NCBI GenBank assembly: GCA_963693365.1
Contig: CAVNZM010000013.1
Location: forward strand, 8,866,940-8,930,939
Origin: Amoebidium appalachense
Taxonomy: Eukaryota > Protista > Ichthyosporea
DNA length: 64,000 bases
Direction of reading: 5' to 3'
Under the pieces are notes generated by a model. The model was not told the origin of the DNA and did not search any database. It saw only the letters and a list, made by a program, of their open reading frames with translations. The position numbers and the translations under genes are program-made. This document shows positions 23,740 through 37,477 of the stretch, in pieces; positions within the stretch are counted from its first letter, which is position 1, and each line of letters begins with the position of its first letter.

Positions 23740-25262
23740 ATTGCGGGGGAGGAAGCTCGGACACTCTGGAAGGTGTTTGGGGGTGCTTGTGGAATTGTGT
23801 GCATATGGGTGTTTGCTTTCGGGAGAGACGGTAATGTTGGGATCGTTTTATTTTTAGGACGGAGAATCCGGAGGCAGGAAGTGGCCGTATGTACGCTCGC
23901 ACGGCCTTCTGTCTGGGCAGGACAAGATACTGGATAGCCAGGCCTTTTGGACTGTGACATGGTTCGAGGGTAATCATCGCTTTTCTTATTTTTATTTTTT
24001 TTCCCGGCTCCCTGCATACCTTTCTGTTCCCTTTCTGCCCCCCTTCCCCCCCCCCCCCCCCCCCCCCCCCCCCGATTTAAACAACATCAACAAAAAAGAA
24101 AAAGGGTGTTTAGTCTCAAGACCATAACAGTGATCAAAGTTTTCTTCAGCTTTGCTTGGTATCCAAAACTATTCTTCTCCGATCCGTTGGGATTTCTTTT
24201 TAACAACACTCGATTGATGAACATATTACATAGTATGGGAACGCAGGCGTGACCTATAGAATTTGCACATATCAGCAGATTGGAGTATCCATAAAGTGAG
24301 TTATATATTGCAACGGCTGAGCCGTTGTCCCACGACATATGACCGTACATGCGCATTAAAAGAATATTAATGTTTTCCGAAGATTCTTTTAAATCTGAGC
24401 CCTTTGATATTCGACCCCCTCCCCCGGCCCCACCTCCCCCCCGGCCTCTGAGCGCTAAAGGTGGGCGCAAGACTCGTGTGCACACATGACCCATGCACAC
24501 ACACGGCTGCATGCACTTCAAGTACAATGATAGACACATGTGTCCACCGTTGTGTGGTGACTCGCTTACACTCACTGCCCCCCACATACAAACACACATA
24601 CAGACGAGTGCCCATGTACGCACACATGCACGCACGCATACATGCGTGCGCACACACAGAGACACAAACAAACATGCGCGCACACACACGTGTACACAAC
24701 AATAAAGAACACCCTGTCCCCCTCTGCCTTCCCTTTCTACCCCCTCCTTCCCCCACCCCCCCATCTCCACACTGCGCCAACCCCAACCCCCCCCCCCCCC
24801 CCCCGGTCACTCCGCATGGTCATTTCGCTGTCTCTCACAGTCCCACACAGCGTGAACGTGCAAGTAAATGCCTAAACCACTGACAAGGAATCCGATCTGC
24901 ATGCACATGCGCACACACCCCAACCTACAGGCATGCAACTGCAAATCTATAGACGCATGGTGTGCCCATTGTATGCCTGAGAATGCACCATTGCTATTAA
25001 CAAGCACCGTTCGCGTGGCTAAGTCCAAAGTGCATGCTGGGTGCTACCCTTTCAATCACAAATGTGAAAGCATCTCAATGGGGGCGGGGGGAGGAGGGGG
25101 AGGGGGGGAAAGGGGGTAATGTGGTGTTGGCTGGGCGGAGGGGGAGGAGATAAGGGGGAGAGGGTGGGGAAGGGGGAGGGAGGGGGGGGGGGGGGGGGAG
25201 GGCACCATATCATTGGGTAGGGGTGCGTAAAACTATGTGTGTGAGGTATTGGGGGCGGGGGA

Positions 25263-25300
<38 letters not shown>

Positions 25301-25710
25301 CTGTCCCCTATACACACCTCCAACTCGATAATTCTGCTCTCAGTCCGCGAGTTGTCCACAATGATGCGTATCACCTCGATGGGTCGATACTGGCCAAGTC
25401 GGAGGGAGAGAAAGTGTCAAAACACACACTCGCACACGCCACGCAAACTCCCGGCCTCGGAAGCCTCCTCCCCACCCTCTCCTCCCCACCCTCTCCCCCT
25501 CCTCTTTTTCCCCCCCTCCCCCCCTCCTCCCCTCCCCTCCCCCCCCCCCCCCCCCCCTCCCCCCCCCCCCCTTGAGTCCCAGACACAAGTATGCACATTC
25601 TCAAAACTTCGAAATCAGATTTCGCTTCTCAAGATCCAAAATTGCACACACAAAAAAAGCGCGCACGCACACTCATGCACGCACGCACGCACGCGCGCAC
25701 GCGCGCGCGC

Positions 25711-25802
<92 letters not shown>

Positions 25803-25830
25803 CACACACACACACATACGCACACACACA

Positions 25831-25863
<33 letters not shown>

Positions 25864-26394
25864 CCCCCCCCCGCACACACGCACGCGCACGCACACACAC
25901 AGAAACGTCGAATGACACACGCGCGCGCACACACACACACATGCGCACATACACACACACATACACACACGCGCGTGCGCGCGCGTACACACACACACAC
26001 GCGTGCGCGCGCGCGCTCGTACACACACACAAACTTCACGGTAGGCCTCCTGCCCTCCCCCCCCCCCCCATCCCCCCTTTCTAGGCCTTCCTCCCTCCCT
26101 TCCCCAGCCCCCCCCCCCCCTCCCTCCCTCCCCTTCAGCCCTCTTTGAGTCCTAGACACCCCATAGCGGGACAGGCGGCCAGGCCGCCTCCAACCAGCGG
26201 TGAAACTCGCTGCTCAGTCGCCTTCAACGATAGACAACCACATGTACATGTGCATCGACTTGAATGCTCCTGAAACGTTTTGGTTCAGATGGTTGGGGCT
26301 GAGGGAGGCAATGCCGGCGTGTACACTATCTGAGGTGCCAGTTTGTGGTTGTGCCTGCACAGTGCCCACACGTTCACGTGCAACGGCACCCGTA

Positions 26395-26699
26395 GTTCGG
26401 GGGCTTCTGCCGGCCCGGGGCCCTGGAGTCTCGGACTCCCAGAGGCCCGAAACTTTTCAGGAATCCACAGCCGCATTTTTAGCACTAAACAAACCGCATA
26501 TACAATATATTGATTGGTTAGACAACTTTCTTCGTTCGGATCATCCATTCGATTGGCCATTGTAAGCCAATCAACGGTGGCTCCAAGATGGCCCACTGCC
26601 GGATAGCCGACAATATGTAATTTCGAGCCTGGTGATCGCGATGGTGGGTACACAGTTTCGAGGATATAAAAAACAGGAGTGCCGCGGGAGCCCCGGAAC
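26395..26699. mobile_element. ~305-bp TIR element
   Basis: gttcgggggcttctgccggc at the left matches the reverse complement of gccgcgggagccccggaac at the right. Confidence 0.55.
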
Positions 26700-26977
26700 C
26701 CATATGTATTGTACACCATAACGAGCAGCTCACATACGCTGCACGTCGAGAGAAACAAAATATCAAAACCAAATCTGACACAGTCTCTATGCCTGAAGCC
26801 GTCTGAAGATGTACAGGCATGCGTGTCTGGTAGGTGCCACCAGTAGGCAGTGTGTGAACTGATTCAGCTACATCACGTCGGGATCCCTTTTTGTGCAGAG
26901 GAATAATGTAGACGTGCCCACACTGCCCCATTGGCAACACAAACACTGCATTCGGCCAAATTAGTTATCTCTTTATG

Positions 26978-27161
<184 letters not shown>

Positions 27162-28932
27162 ACACAACCACACGCACACGCACTCACAGATGCACACGCA
27201 AACACACTCACAGACGCACGCACACACCTACTAGTAGTACACGCGCAAACACAACCATTTGTGTCGGTAGTTCGAGCACACTTCGTCTTCTAACCTGGAA
27301 CTTGCTGTAATACTGTGCAAGGTCGAGTATTCAACCACATACTGTCCATCCATTGCAGAGTATGCCACTTCTCCTGGGCCTGGGCCTGCAGGAGGCCTGC
27401 GGAGAGGAGACGGTGCGGCAGTGGCTGGAGCGCATCAACAGTGACCCCCAGAGCACATGGTGGCGTATAGACCCTGCGCTCCACACACCCCCAATCGACT
27501 CGAGTTCTCCCCTGGCCTCTTCAATTGCCCCCTTCTTTTTGTCTTGTTTAAAAAAAAAGAAAAAAAAACAATCGTGTAGTGGGCCTGCAGTGTGCTTTCA
27601 TATGCAGGCATACTTGAAAGCAGACCTATGGAGGTGACAATGGTGGCAACTATAATTAGTTAGTAAGACTCAATAGTAGGGGGGGGGGGGGGGGGAGGGG
27701 GGAGGGGAGGGGGGAAGGAAGAAGTACAAAGAAAAGGAATCCAGGAAAGAAAAAATACTTCTTGGGAGGATTATCCCTTCTCCCCCCCCCCCCCCCCCCC
27801 CTTCCCCGGGGCCCCGGGCGCACAAAAAGAAGACTTACCGCAGTGCTGTCTAACGGAGGAAAGCAATGCATGTGACCTAGCTAGTGGGGCGAATAATAGA
27901 AGAAAACTCCCCTCCCGCCCTGGTCGCGGTATAACAGAGTGGCACTTATCCGACCCAACAAAAAAATCACACATCTGACAATGTCTCCCATGCACAGGCA
28001 TGCAGGTGCCGCCCCCGAGCACCTGGACCTGACCCTGTCCCAATACTCGGCCCTGTTTCCCACCATCCCCATGGATGAATTTCTACCTGCATTCGACCCC
28101 GCCAACCTGGGCATTGTAGTTGAAGGTGCCCCCCCAACCCCAAATTCAGAGCCCCTACCTGCCGAATACGACATGAGCAATGATACCGATCCTGGGCGGA
28201 GTGAGTGTCTGCTGCCCCCCCGCAACCAGGGGCGGTGTGGCTCGTGTTATGCATTTTCGGCCAGCGGGGTCTTGGGGGACCGCACGTGCATGGCTGACCC
28301 CCAGCACCGCTTGGTGTAAGTGCCCCACATCCCCCTCCCCCCCTCCCCAACCCTCCACCCTCTTCCTCCTCGAAAAAAAGAAAGGGTTATGGAATCCAAA
28401 TCTATATCCACTATTGAATCATAAACCTTCCCCTCACGCACACACCCTTCCCCTCATTCTCGCAGCCCCATTCTAGGCACACATCCACCCACCCTCTTCC
28501 TGCTGCCAACCACCCATCCGCGTCCCTTTTACTTTCCTTCTCGCCCACCATTTGAGCTCAGCAGGAAAGATGGGTCGGAGGAAATGAGGGGGGGAAGGGG
28601 GGGGGAGGGGGGAAAGAGATGGGGGAGGGGGGGGCAGGGGGGGGGGGGAGGGGGAGGCGGGAGGCGGGAGAATTGCACACAGAACAAGGAAGGCAGCTTG
28701 GTTTGTGCTACCTTCCCCCCCCCCCCCCCCCCCCTCCCTCCCACCCATTTACCCTCCTTTGCCTCTTCCCCCATAATAAACGGTGCACACCATGGGTTAC
28801 AAATTTCGAACGTGCACATCACCTTACAACTGTAAACCGTATCACCTCAACACAAAAAACACACACACACACCCCCACCCACCCACCCGTCCATCTACCC
28901 ACCCACCCACACCCACCCACCCACACCCACCC

Positions 28933-28996
<64 letters not shown>

Positions 28997-29319
28997 CACA
29001 CACAGTGCGCTCTCCCCCCAGCACATTGCCAGCTGCACGGTAGGCATGACCATCGAGGGGCTCAACTTCACCCACAGCGGAGGCTGCAATGGCGGCCGGC
29101 CGGAGGTGACGTGGAAATATCTGAAGGAAAACGGAACAACAAGCGAATACTGCACCCCTTACACGTCATTCTTCACCGGAAAGGGCCGGGTGGAACAGTG
29201 CGTTCCAAATAACTGCACCGGCTCCGGGTCCACATTCCAGATTTACCGTGCAGAGTCAATATATGCGGTGGTGCCCCTCGATACCACAGACCCACTGGAG
29301 GTGCAGGTGGAGGCTATCA

Positions 29320-29364
<45 letters not shown>

Positions 29365-29365
29365 C

Positions 29366-29419
<54 letters not shown>

Positions 29420-30427
29420 ACTGCGTGCTTGCGCGCGCTTTTGGGCTTTAGATTAAGTGTTTTGCATCTGTGTTTTGGCCGGCGTCGATAGCGGGGGGAG
29501 GAGTGGGGCTGGATTTCCATGTGAACGCCTGCATTTTTGCACAAATATTCGCAAGTTTCCATCCACCTCATCGGTTGACTCGGTCACTCACCCATGAACC
29601 CCACAGCGTGAGATTTACAACAATGGCCCCGTGTGGATGCGTGTGGATGGGCATGCGCACGTACGAGGGCTACAATTTGTACCAGGGGGGGGTCTATCGG
29701 CCCAAGAACGGCTCCAAGGTCACTGGCGGCCATGCCCTCGAGTGTATAGGCTGGGGCACCGACCACTGGATTCTGAAGAACAGCTGGGGCATTAAAGGTG
29801 TGCATAGACACCCCCCCACCCAACGCCGGCTCACCTCCTTGCTTTCAGCCTCTAGGCTTTAAATTACCCCTTGGTCTGATGCGGCACAAACTATAGTGAA
29901 GGCCCATGGGCAGGCCTGTATGCAAAGCTCTGTCGTGCTTCGTGCTATGCGTGTGCAAGCTTTAAGAGACTAGGAGAAGCTGATGGGTGTACGAGTGAGT
30001 GATATACCTAGTTCTTGTGTGGTGCCAATTGCTTTGCCCCTTCACCTTGCTACCGGCCGTCGATATATTTGCCTCATCGAGCCCCTAACCCACCGACCTC
30101 TCCGCCACCCCCTTCCCCTCCTTCCCCAGCCTTCTCCACCCACTCCTCATGATCACCCGACTCACAATGCCCCCACCCCCAGGCGAGAATGGCTACATCC
30201 GGGTGGCGTTTGGTGTGGGGGGCATTGAGCCAAACACTTACGGTGCCCGGCCAGCAAATTCAAACTGGAAGGCCAACGTGCCCGATGTGCCCCGTGAGGC
30301 ACACTGGGTATGCAACCTCACCCCCCCAATAGTAATTTAATGAATGTTATGAAGGGAGAAATAAGTAAACATTCTCTGGCAGTGACTGTTTTCTTTATAT
30401 TTTCTAATCTAGAGATGACATTACTCC

Positions 30428-30458
<31 letters not shown>

Positions 30459-31803
30459 AAAAAAAAGAAAGCCCCTACCCTACTGCCCACCCCCTAGGGT
30501 GCCAATCCTCCACACCGACTACACACAACATCACCCACTATGGCTACTGTTGCCACCATGCACTGCTTGGCCTCCAACATAATTCCCACGTGCACTCATG
30601 AGAACGCCAGCGCCGAGTCTGGGACACTCCCCCCCTCCCCCCCATCCCAATCACTGCCCCCCCCCCTCCCGCCCCCCCAACCAACTTATGCAGTTCACAA
30701 CATACTTACCCCCCCCCTCCCCCCCCCTTCAGGCCGAGTGGAGTGCATGGGGCCTGTGTGACTGCAGCAACAGCTCCGACCCCTACCGCACGGCCAAGAG
30801 GCAGTGCCTAGACACGGGGTTCTCTCTGTGCCAGCCCCAGGACACCGCATTCCGCTACGAGGACTGCCCCCTGAGTGTGTGCACTGATCCAACCCCCACC
30901 CAGTCTGCGGCCCTACCTACCACTGCTTCCCCCCTACCCACCACTAGTGCCCTACCCACCGCCACCCAGCATAGCGACCAATCAAATATCCCCGTAGAAA
31001 CCACGGCCATCTACGAACCCACCGAGATCCCCCCCGTCACCACAACCAGCACTGGCCAGACGGCTACCACCACAGCCAATCAGGATGAGGGGACATCACG
31101 TGATGACTCGGCTGCACACGTGGATAGGCCCCTGGGCTATCGGGTTGCTATGGTTGCTGGCCTGTTGGGAACTGTGCTGCTCTTTTAGTTAGTGACTGGT
31201 GTGGTCTCTTGTATCTACCATGGTGTGATTTGGTGGACTCAGATCATTGAAAGCCAAGTTGCCCCAAAATGTTAGCCATTAATAAAAAGTTCACAGATTG
31301 AAACTTGCTGTCCAATGGAAAGAAAATACCCAAATATAGCGGGCCTGAAAGCAGGAGGGTCAAGGGCGGCGGCGCTAAGGGGGGGAGGGGAGGCGGAGTA
31401 AAAGTTTAATAGGATGCTAGGGTATAGAAGACGGCCCCGAGTAGAGGGAGGGGAGGCCGTGGGGGAGGGTTATGGAGAGGGTGGTTTTCCGCCCTATGCC
31501 ACAAAATAAAGGGCAGTGAGAATCCGAGGGTAGAAGGGAGGAGGAGGAGAGTGTGGTTTCTCACTATCATGTCTTTATCGAACTGCACACCCACTCTATT
31601 GTGCATGCCACATGCGGGTCTGTGCCCCCCCCCCCCCCACGGGCATCCAGAGAGCAGGGATCCGGGGGGATCCAACAACTTCATTCAGGAGACAGGATGA
31701 CGAGTTTTTGGGCAAAAGCGAACAAAGAGGGTCCTTTGAAGGGGAGGGGGAGGGAGGGATTGGGCTGGTTGCAATAATATTACGGTATGAAATAAAAGTT
31801 GCC

Positions 31804-31866
<63 letters not shown>

Positions 31867-32239
31867 CGTGCGCGCGCGTGCGCTCTGCCGTGATTGTGGG
31901 TTCGAGGGGAGGGGTTGGGGGTTGGGGGGGGGGGGGGGGGGGGGGGGAGGGGGGTTCGAGTGTCTAAACAGAGCATCCCCCTCAAGGCCTTCTAGGTTGG
32001 TAAACGGGTGGCCTCTATGCCTTTGAAGCGCGACCTGAATAACAATCATTGGAGGTCATAACCTTTCAAGATGGGTAACGACTTCGAAAAGAAAGAAGGA
32101 ATGCACACATGAACGCGGGCACACAAAAAAGAAAGAATGCTCACACGAACACGCGCACACAGTGTGCCACACACGCACACACACACACACACACGCACAC
32201 ACACACGCACGCATGCATGCCGCACGCACACACACGCAC

Positions 32240-32361
<122 letters not shown>

Positions 32362-33733
32362 GCACGCACGCACGCACACACGAACACACACACACACTAT
32401 ACGCACAACCTTCACAACCTTTCCTACGCACCTACACAAACACAATTATAACACAAAATCCGCTATATTGCCACACGCATCACACACGCAAGCACACACG
32501 CATGCACAAATGTGTCAACATGCACACACGTGCACAAACACACATACGCGCACGCACACACGCACACACGTATGCACAACCGTTTCTATGCACCTACACA
32601 CAAACACAACTATAGCACAACAACCACTACATTGCCACACATATCACGCACACACGCACACACGCATGCACAACCTTTTCTTGCACCTACGGCGGCCCGC
32701 GAACACAACCATCATCACAACAACCGCTTAATGGCCACACACATTATGCACACACGCACACACGCATGCACGATGAGTGCACACATGCACACATGCACAC
32801 GCGCACAGGGTCTCGAACGAAGCCTAGCCTGGTGATGGGGCGCCGTGACGAACATACATGGGTCCTCCTAACGAGACCTCGGGGTCCTACACCATGTGCA
32901 CGGTACCGTTCACGAGTGTCATGGGGTCAGATGGGAGGCGAGTTTTTGGGAGACGAGTTTTTGATTGCCGGGTGGTGTGGTGTGTTGCACCGCAGAGTAT
33001 GCACATCTGGTCTGTGGGTGTGTCTGCATGTCACACAACAGCCTGCCAGCATGTGTGGCAACCTCACTAAGTCCAATAATATACCTCGTGTTCATGCATT
33101 TGAAGTTGTTTACATATGGCGATGTCGCAAACCGTCCAAACCGTGAAGCAAGTCGATTGTACGTGGCCGCGCCTGATTGGCGTATCCCCAGTAACGGATC
33201 GGCAATAAATTCCTGCAGCTGCAGATGAACATTCCATTGTAGATCTGCTCAGCTGACGGGCCAAGCGTATGCAGTTCGGGTCACTGCTCGGGGGCACATT
33301 AGGCTAATTATGTACTATGTTGGAAAGTGTATAAGCTATTGCGCTAATTTTCATCTAAAAAAGTAACGAGTTAGGCATTAAGAAGTTAGGTGTCAGCATT
33401 ATACAGTAAGTCACAGAGAGACAACACCAAACTGGCCACTAATGTACGAGCTCATGAATCCGTCCGAAAGTCCGACATCATAAGTCGGGTCAAAGGCTGG
33501 CCCGGCTTGGAACATTTGGCGCGTTGCTTGAAATTTTTACGCTCCGTCCTTTCACACTTCAAAGGACCACTAAGGGGCACTGACAGGCTGACGTCCGCCA
33601 GTTTCATTTTCTCACGTTTCCACTGTAGACGCTCTCTTGACCTCGGCTTTGGACAGATTCCCCTCCCATTCCCGGCTAGCAGAAAGCGTGAATTGTCAGG
33701 TGGTTGTTCTTTTTGTTTCATGAATACATCCGC

Positions 33734-33770
<37 letters not shown>

Positions 33771-34021
33771 CCAACCTACAAACCCCCCACCCCCCCCCCC
33801 CCCCCCCCCCCCCCCCTCCCCCCGCGGCCGCCTCTCTTACCCCCCTGTAAATAGAAAAGGCAAAATACCACCGGTTCTACCTTGGCCCATGGCTTTTCTT
33901 TGAACTATTCTTGGAGTACCGGCCACTCCATCCCCTCCCTTGCTTCAGGCATAGCAGTCAGAGATCCACATGGACTGACTTGCCCCACCCCTTGCTAACT
34001 TGGCTTCCCCACGCTACAGAA

Positions 34022-35681
34022 ATGGGCAAGAACAAGGGCGGGGCGCAGTACACGCCTTTCCAGGACGAGCTCATATGCACACTGTGCAACAAACTGGGCA
34101 ACGCATACCAGTGCTCGTTCTGCGAGAACTACAGGTGTGTGTGTTTATGTGTGTGTGCGTGTGTGCATGCGTGCGTGGGTGCGTGTGTGTGTGTGTGTGT
34201 GTTTGTGTGTGCGTACGTGCGTATGTGTGCGTGAGTGTGTATGTGCGCACATGTGTGTTTGAGGGGGAGCCGGGACAGGGGCACAGGGAGGAGGGTTGCC
34301 TCTACCAGTAAGTTGCTATAGCTTCCCAAGTAGACTGCTTGCCAAAGGGAGTGTATGTACCCACCAAAGCATGCAAGGCGCAGGTCTAAATAACGCTTTC
34401 TCACACACAGTCACACCACTCACACCCATAACCTACCCACACCCAAGTATCCTGCTTGTCCGCACCCCCTTGTAGCTACTGCGCACATATATCCACCCCC
34501 TCGCTCCCCCTCACCGGACCACCCTACCTCCCCTCTCCCCCCCCCCCCCCTCACATGCCCCACCCATACCCACACACTCGCTCCTTCCTGGGTCTTTTTA
34601 CCCCACCACCCCTCTGTGCCCACTGCAGCGTAGCTCCGGATGCCCGCCCCATCCAACACCCGCCTACCCACCCTACTAGCAACATACACATCCCCCCCCC
34701 CCCCCCCCCCCCCCAAACCATCCGTCCACCCAACGACACACACACACACACACACGCACGCGCACACACACACACACACAGATAGGCGACCTTAGATTTC
34801 GCAGACAGACCCTTTACCCACGCTCTCCTCCGTCTTCCCTCTTTCCTCTACTCTTGGGTGTCTCATTCCCCTCCCCCCTCCCCCCCCCCCCCTCCCCCCT
34901 CCCCCCCCATCCACCACCCCCACGCAGGACCTGTGGGGAGTGTGGGGTGTGCAACAATGCCAACTGCAAGGCCGAGACCAAGGTCAAGAAGCCCCCCGTG
35001 AGCAAGGAGAAGGCGGCAGCCCCCACCCCCAAGGCCCCCGTCAATGTGCCTGGCCTGTCCACCAAGCAGGAGCGTAGGTGCCTTGTGGCCCTGCTGATGT
35101 TTGCCACCATATACCTAGCTGCATGCACTACCAAATGCTCGTTCCCTCCCCCCCCCCCCCCCCCCCCCTTCCCCCCTCCTCCCCCCCCTCCCCCCGGCTC
35201 GCGCACACCACCACCACCCCCATTGCCCACCCCAGGCAGGCCGCCTCCCTACATCTGTACTTCTTCTTTGTCGCCATCAATACAGCTAGCCACACCCATA
35301 CTCCCCCTCACCCTTGACTGACCATTCTCTTGCAGCCAAGGCCAAGGGGCCCAAGGTGAACAGTGAGGAGGACGCGTATTTGGAGAAAAAGATCGAGCAG
35401 GCGCAGAAGGAGCAGAATAAGAAGGCAGAGGCAAAGAAGCAGAAGGAGAAGATCAAGCTGGTTGCTGAGGCCCCACAACGTACGTGCCTGTCTGTGTGTG
35501 TGTGTGTGTGTGTGTGTTTTGGGGGGGGAGGGGGGGGGGGGGGAGGATTTTGGGGGAAGGGGAGGGGGTGGGGGGAGGGGAGAGGAGATGGGGGGATGAA
35601 GTATCGTGGGGTTCCATTTCATGCATGTTGATACACACACAAAAGTGAGAAGGGGCACACATACATGTGCATACACAGCCG

Positions 35682-35738
<57 letters not shown>

Positions 35739-35754
35739 CACACACACACACACG

Positions 35755-35809
<55 letters not shown>

Positions 35810-37070
35810 CACACACGCACCCACACAACACACACGCACCCACACAACACACACACTCACACACTCACACACTCACACTCAAACTCACACTCACGCTCAC
35901 ACAGACACATTTTCACACTCACACACTCACACAGACACACACTCACGCTCACACACTCACAGACACACACACATCACACACACACACACACACATGCATA
36001 CACACACACAGACCCCCCCCCCCCCTGCTTGTCATTTGTTGTTCTGGTTGATTACCTGTAATCTTCGCTTATTTATGTGTGTGTGTGTGTGTATGTATGT
36101 TGTGCGGGGTTGCACACACCGGTGTCTACTTTCCTTCCTACTGTTTTTCTCTCCACACACTTCATCTGTCCACTTCTGCATACCCCCTCTCATAGCTATA
36201 GACACACTTCACACAATGCGTTATGCGCACGCATGCACACACCGCTCTGTTGGCGACAGCTCCCTTGGAACTCATGCGGCATGTTACCCGCCGGCGTAAC
36301 ATAATTCGGACTATCGATTTGGCTTTTTTCAAGCCCAAAGCAATGGGTGATACCATATTTCCGGCTGACATCCGGGAACATAGCTTTCCGTTCGAAGACG
36401 TTAAAGTTCTGCCCTAGTAAGCGTGTTACTACCCTGCGCCGTGGGTCAAATCTCATATTTTCCCCTCTGTTTGCGAATTCTGCGGCCTTCGGGACTTAAT
36501 TCTTTTCAGCTGGTGTAGTATGTTAGCCAGGGAAGTATCGACTTAGGTAGCGACGGGGGAGCGTCCTAGAAGCTCCGTCTCCTGAGTTCCTATCTATATT
36601 TTTCTTGCTTCTGCTTATTGCTGCAACTTTAACCCCCGGCCTTTCCCACTGCCCTTGCCTGGATAAGCAACCCTGCTCGTTGCTGATCAAGACGGGTGAC
36701 CTACCCATGTTCAAGTGAAACAGTATCTGAGTTGGGTTAAAACGAGGTGAATAGGTCGAAACTCGGGTACTGTGGATGACGTGGGCCCCCCTGAGGATGC
36801 GCTCTGCTTATTATGCATACTCTTTATGTATGGCTTGCATTCTGCATCGTGTAATCCGTTTGTTCTTGTGTACTTCGTACTTTTTGACGCATTCAAACCC
36901 CCGCCCCCACCCCACCAACCCACAGATGCTCACACAGAGGCCACATCAACATATAACATATGCTTACATTCTCATTCACACTCGGCCTCACATTCAGGAA
37001 CAGACATGCTACGCACACACAGACACACACAGATGCACATCACACATCACACATCACACACACACTCAGA

Positions 37071-37120
<50 letters not shown>

Positions 37121-37433
37121 ACACACACACACATATGCATACATCAAATTGCTTGATTTTGGGTTTCCCTCTTTTGTGACGCCTTGTTGTTGCTCTTTGT
37201 TGTCTCCTCCATATTTCCAACACTCTAACGCATACATCACCCCCACGCGCGAGAGGTTAAAGAGTCGAAACCCATGCTTTTGTGGAGGCATAGGAACCCC
37301 CTGATGATGGGCTCTGTTCAAGTGTCTTCTGCCTGCACGCTTAAATTATTTGATTTTGGATTTCTCACCTTTGTGACGCTTTGTTGTTGCTCTTTGTTGT
37401 CTCCTCCATATTTCCAACCCTCTAACCCTTGCA

Positions 37434-37477
<44 letters not shown>

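Noticed and set aside
24807-24865. Candidate first exon of the protease (MVISLSLTVPHSVNV)
   Set aside because: Needs a GC donor to match phase and is a poor signal peptide; unsupported.
31955-32100. Minus-strand ccttgagggggatgctctg next to a C run as another ribozyme-family copy
   Set aside because: Lacks CUGAnGA, gtcGAAAc and the family 3' end; similarity is too weak.
36758-36797. Canonical type II hammerhead (GAAA...UH-stem I-CUGA in one segment)
   Set aside because: No UH site plus stem I hairpin can form between GAAA and CUGA in any copy; the cleavage strand lies upstream instead.
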